The position numbers and the translations under genes were made by a program. A stretch of DNA of 64,000 bases from the human T2T-CHM13v2.0 reference genome, Homo sapiens, in assembly GCF_009914755.1 (NCBI RefSeq), contig NC_060925.1; one strand, written 5' to 3'. Shown piece by piece: positions 56,270-64,000 of the stretch. Below the pieces are notes generated by a model, which worked only from the letters and a program-made list of their open reading frames with translations, searched no databases and was not told where the DNA came from. Numbering within the stretch: the stretch's first letter is position 1; each line of letters opens with the position of its first letter.

Positions 56270-57559
56270 TGATCTGCCCACCTCGGCCTCCCAAAGTGTT
56301 GGGATTACAGGTGTGAGCCACTGTGTCTGGCCAATTTACTTATTTATATTTAATTATATTTATTGTCCGACACCCCATGTAAATTCCACAAGAGCAGCAT
56401 TTGGTGGGTTTTGGTCACTGTGGTGAACATTGTCTGTGCTCAGCCCAGTTTCCCTTGGGTGCTCACTCTCTCAGTGCCTCTGGACCCAAGAGCTGCCTCC
56501 TGCAAGCTCCCCAGGGCCTCTGTCTGAGGGAGTTCTTCCCCACAGCTAGGCTGGCTGGAAGTGCTGGTCACTAATTAATGACCCCAGGAACAGCCCTCCA
56601 CCAGACACATGGGAGAGGGGAAGAGAGGTCCTCATTCACATGCCCCTGCACTCCCACAACAGGCCCTGGGAGTTCTTCTGTGGGGCTTCTCCCTAGTGCA
56701 CCTTGGGGATAGACAATGCAAGCAGGAACCATAAGCTGGAATTCCTACAGTGGGAGAGGGGAGAGAAGACACGAGACTCCACCCTGGAGAACCACTTTCT
56801 GACTCTTCCTCATTGCTTTTCTTTTTAGAATAAATCAGAAATACTCCGCAGTTATTGCAAATGACTGTTATGAAAACTGTTCAGGAACATAAAAAAATGC
56901 TTAGAATACAATAGCAAGATAAATAAAAAGGTGACATATTAGTCGATACTAGAGCTAGAGCATCAGGAAAAGTCTAAAGATTAGACCGTAAGAAAATAGA
57001 AACCAGCTGGGCGCAGTGGCTCACACCTGTAATCCCAGCACTTTGGGAGGCCAAAGTGGGCAGATCACTTGAGTCAGGAGTTCAAAACCAGCCTGGCCAA
57101 CATGGTGAAACCCCATCTCTACTAAAAATACAAAAATTAGCCGGGCATGGTGGTGTGCACGTGTAATCCCAGCTACTCGGAGGCTGAGGCAGAGGAATCA
57201 CTTGAACCTGGGAGATGGTGGTTCCAGTGAGCTGAGATTGTGCCACTGCACTCCAGCCTAGGCAACAGAGGGAGACTCCATCTCAAAAGAAAAGAAAAGA
57301 AAGAAAATAGAAACCATGTTTCAAAGACCTGTATTACAGGTACTTCATCAGTTTGTAAGGCATGAGTCCAAAACAGCTAGCAGTTTGGTTCTTGAAAGAT
57401 CCCTGAATTGTATGCAGTTACTTGGACAAGTGGGTTAGGACCTTATCATGAGACAGATGGAAGGAAATACTCCAGCACAATATTTTCTCTAGCAACAAAT
57501 GAGATGTGGTGATCAGGGGACAGGAAAGTGTACCAAATGGGTGATGTCTGTCAAGATGA

Positions 57560-57981
<422 letters not shown>

Positions 57982-58031
57982 TGAATACACGGATAAAAAT
58001 AATGGGAGGCGACAAGCAACAACAATCATAG

Positions 58032-58585
58032 TGAGGCAGAAATTTAAAAATAAATATGCATTCATTCACCCCAAGAAAAGTAACAGGCAAGGCAAGGGTT
58101 AAAAAGAAAAGAACAGGTTTTCCTCTGCCTAGCAAGCTCACTTCAAGGACAGTTATAAGATAATGCTGTTTGGGAAACCAAGGCCAAAGGAATGGGCTCC
58201 AGACACCCCTCCCCTCCAGAGCAAGGTTGAAGGAAAAAAAGAGAGAAAGACAAATTCCTTTACTATTACTCCTTTCCCTGACTTCTTAAGCATGACTATG
58301 TTTTACAAATGTCTGTATTTAGCCAGTTCTTGTTTTTCTTTCAATGCAGCTACAAGGCTGCCAGCTATGCAAGGCCACAAGTTATGCTATGCTATAGATT
58401 ATGTGACCTATCATATGATTAACTGCTTTTGTTTTGCTTCTGTAAGCCTGCTTGTAAAAACCCCGCTCTGTCTTTGCTAAAATGCTCAGCTGTTTAGATA
58501 CGAATCCACTGAGCCGGTGCATACCTTAAATAAACAACCCTCCTGCTCTCCTATTGGTCTCTCTGGTCCTCAGTTTCCTGCAATG
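58032..58585 (+). mobile_element. Solo ERV1 LTR, LTR10 family (HERV-I related), antisense to TCEA3
   Basis: About 550 bp starting TGAGGCAGAAATTTAAAAATAAATATGCATTCATTCAC, with AATAAA near 58529 and a possible atag TSD. Subfamily not determined. Confidence 0.7.
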
Positions 58586-58777
58586 ATAGCTGATAGTAGG
58601 ATATTTCTGAGTGACCAGACAAAGGAGAAGGCATAGAATGGGTGATTCTTCTTCGGCCATTGTTTGCTACAGTCTCATTTCCAAATCACGTATAATCTTT
58701 ATAGTTCCTAAGGACAAAAATTCAAATACTGTTTTATATTTAAAAAAATAATTTGCACCCATAGTCCCAGCTACTCA

Positions 58778-59291
<514 letters not shown>

Positions 59292-59642
59292 TTAATTTGT
59301 CTGATGTGCACAAATATTTCCCATGCTTATTCTAAGTTTCACTAATGTGGTTACAGTGTTTGTATAATGAATTATCATTAAGAAAACTAAAAAGGAAGGA
59401 AATTAATTAACTGAGCTGAAATAGGACCCCCGACAACTGGCTTCTCCCAGCAGAATGAGGAGATACCTCTCCATTTTCTGCTCAGCACCAGCGACAGCTT
59501 CATTTCTGAGCCCCATGGCTGTGAAAAGTGAGTGGGCATAACAATTTAGTGTCCCAGGAAAATGTATAGTGCATTTCAAATTTTATTAACAAAATATAAA
59601 TATAAATGTACATATGAATGTTCTTTTTTTCTTTTTTTTTAG

Positions 59643-59801
<159 letters not shown>

Positions 59802-59851
59802 TAATAGAGATAGGGTTTCGCCATTGGTCTCTAACTCCTGAGCTCAAGTAA

Positions 59852-60206
<355 letters not shown>

Positions 60207-60466
60207 TGAGCCTGGCCTGGCCTGTATGTTCTTAAAAAACTACAAAGATATACATTAAAATGTTAACAATGGTTATTTCTGTTATTTTCTTCTTGTGCTT
60301 GATTTTCTAAACTTTTTACACTAAACACACCTTGCTACTGAAATGAATACATTTATGTACATGAAAAGGTTACAAAATAGTATACAGAGTGTAATTCAAT
60401 TTTATTAAAACAAATAGGTATTTTATACCTATTTATAGGTAGTAATGCATAGGAATAGTCTAGCAG

Positions 60467-60501
<35 letters not shown>

Positions 60502-61498
60502 TTTATATGTATATATACACACAATTATATGTGAGTGCTTGTTTCTAGATAATAAATGATATTTTATTTTACTTTATTTTATTTTATTTTTTGAGACAGA
60601 GTCTCATTCTGTAGCACAGGCTGGCGTGCAGTGGCACGCTCTCAGCTCACTGAAACCTCCGCCTCCTGGGTCCCGGTTCAAACAATTCTCCTCCTCAGCC
60701 TCACAAGTAGCTGGAATTACAGGCATGTACCACCATGCCCAGCTAATTTTTGTATATTTGGTAGAGATGGGGTTTCACCATGTTGGCCAGGCTGGTCTCG
60801 AACTCCTGACCTCATGATCTGCCCGCCTCAGCCTCCCAAAGTGCTAGGATTATAGGCATGAGCCACCGTGCCTGGCCCTTATCTTTTGTTTTGTTTTGTT
60901 TTGTTTTTAAGACGAAGTCTAGTTCTGTCGCCCAGGCTGGAGTGCAGTGGCACGATCTTGGCTCACTGACACTTCTGCCTCCTGGGTTCAAGTGATTTCC
61001 TGCCTCAGTCTCCTGAGTAGCTGGGATTACGGGGCACCCGCCAACAGGCCCAGCTAATTTTTGTATTTTTAGTAGAGACAGGGTTTCACTGGGTTGGCCA
61101 GGCTTGTCTTGAACTCCTGACCTTGTGATCCACCTGCCTCAGCCTCCCAAAGTGCTGAAATTACAAGCATGAGACACTGCACCCGGCCTATTTTCTTATT
61201 TATTTGTATTTTTAAAACTTTCTACAATGAGCAAGTAATTATCTGTATTATAAAAAATACAAAATCGCTAAACTAAGACAACTAAAATATAATTAAAGAC
61301 TATTACAAATAAAACATTTTATTTTTAAGAAGAAAGAACGGAGAAAATGATGTCTGTGTTTCAGGCCATAATACTGAGTCTCAGAGAAGAAGGCCATAAG
61401 TGACAAGTTCAGCCCAGAACCTGGCTTTCTGCTTTTTCATTGTTACCTCTCCTACACCTGTTGTTCTCATACAGGCCTTTAAAAGAAATCCCTTTACT

Positions 61499-61533
<35 letters not shown>

Positions 61534-61636
61534 AGAGTCTCACTCTGTTGTCCACGCTTGAGTGCAGTGGCGGGATCTCAGCTCACTGCAACCTCTGCTC
61601 CCGGGTTCAAGTGATTCTCCCGCCTCAGCCTCCTGA

Positions 61637-62194
<558 letters not shown>

Positions 62195-62512
62195 TAACCC
62201 CTTTGGGAAAAGAAAACACACTCGTGTGAAAAGTTAGATGCCAATTAGGGTTTTTCCAAGTAGGATACACTTGCAAAATGAGCAATGGAAAGGAACAGAA
62301 CATAGAAAATGTGACAAAACCATTTCACAGGCATTACCTTTTAAAAAGCAGGCTATTAAAATTGGGGATGACTATAGAAAACAAGTCAGAGAACAGAAAG
62401 AAAAGCCATACACTAACTCATCAAGAGTGATTGTCTTTGGGTGGTGGGAATGTGGGTGATTTTTTTTTCTACTTTTCTACATTTTCCTTTTTTTTTTTTT
62501 TTTTTTTTGTGA

Positions 62513-62671
<159 letters not shown>

Positions 62672-62958
62672 TAGTAGAGATGGGATTTCTCCATGTTGGT
62701 CAGGCTGGTCTCGAACTCCCAACCTCAAGTGATCCGCCCACCTCGGCCTCCCAAAGTGCTGGGATTACAGGGGTGAGATACCGTACCCGGCCTTCCATTA
62801 TTTTCTACAACAGATTTTTATCACTCTTATTTGTTTAGTTTTTAAAAGCACTATTATTATTTTTTGTTTCAAAAGCAGTACAGGATCATTGTGAAAAAAC
62901 CCAACAATTCAGATTTAAAATTTTTATTGTATAATACAGAAAGTAGAGATCCTTTTAA

Positions 62959-63396
<438 letters not shown>

Positions 63397-63735
63397 TAGG
63401 CTGTTGCCTGGGTGGGCCAGAGAAGAGCTCTAGACTGCCGTGCGGTCTCCTATGGGAACTCTCTGTAGAGAAATGCTGGAGGCCCTCCCGCAGACGCACT
63501 CTTTCCTGTCCCTGCATCCTTCTAGGCAAAGCCAGTGCCATTTATGTCCTATTTGGGTCTTGTGAGTCTAACATGTGGTTGAGCCAAAGAAGACCCCCAG
63601 AGGGGGCACTGCAGGAGATAATACCAATATCTTCCTCCCCAGGATGAAAGGTTTAAATGAGATAATATACACTGAGTTGCTGTCAGAGGACGTGACAAGT
63701 GTCAGCTCCCTTCTCTCCATCCCAAAAAAGAATAC

Positions 63736-63877
63736 CTGGTTTTGGGGTCTTCTCGTTTTTTCCTTGGTGGAGAAAGGCCTGCTTCTGGCTTCCAGTCTGA
63801 ACACTCAAGCCCTTTTTCCTTCTTCTTTGCCTTTTCTCTTTCCTCTCCTTTTTCTCCTTTTGGGGGTCCAGGGGAGT
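63736..63877 (-). CDS. TCEA3: TCEA3 exon ([48 protein letters not shown]); upstream exons lie beyond the window
   Basis: ttttgttttcag|ACTCCCC ... ACCAG|gtattc, 142 nt. Basic linker with NLS-like PPRKKR. Confidence 0.93.
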
Positions 63878-64000
63878 CTGAAAACAAAAGGGTGGCATTG
63901 TCCCTCAGCTAAGCTCTGTCTCAGCAGAACCCAGCATGACTTAGTGGGGAGAGAGCAAAGGGCAGGGACGAGGACAGCTGCACACACACTCCCAACACAC

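Overview
Human (Alu-rich primate) genomic DNA that I recognise from the encoded proteins as the ZNF436 / ZNF436-AS1 / TCEA3 locus (chr1p36.12; map position recalled, not derived). Minus strand: the complete KRAB-C2H2 gene ZNF436 (coding exons 13151-13183, 12220-12346, 7135-8387; 1413 nt = 470 aa + stop; 12 fingers) and the last 8 coding exons of the TFIIS paralog TCEA3 (63736-63877 down to the stop at 26643), including a U12-type AT-AC intron (40516-44026). A CpG-island bidirectional promoter (about 13.0-14.7 kb) also drives the plus-strand antisense transcript ZNF436-AS1/C1orf213, which carries a repeat-like 126-aa ORF and a Y4 RNA retro-pseudogene. The rest is mostly interspersed repeat: dozens of Alus (several nested), L2/MIR/L1 fragments, solo LTR7 (HERV-H) and LTR10-family LTRs, MLT1, MER1A/B, MADE1, MER5, MER91, plus a 2-kb CA/UG-rich minisatellite split by a MER1A. 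Almost all long ORFs in the supplied track are Alu or simple-repeat artefacts. I see no wholly new multi-gene system. The best leads are the minor-spliceosome intron with a possible in-frame U2 bypass, a probable vestigial linker exon and a recent 116-bp duplication beside TCEA3 exon 5, the intronic UG array, and an Alu-derived poly(A) signal for TCEA3. Repeat family names were assigned by eye and repeat boundaries are approximate unless a TSD is quoted.
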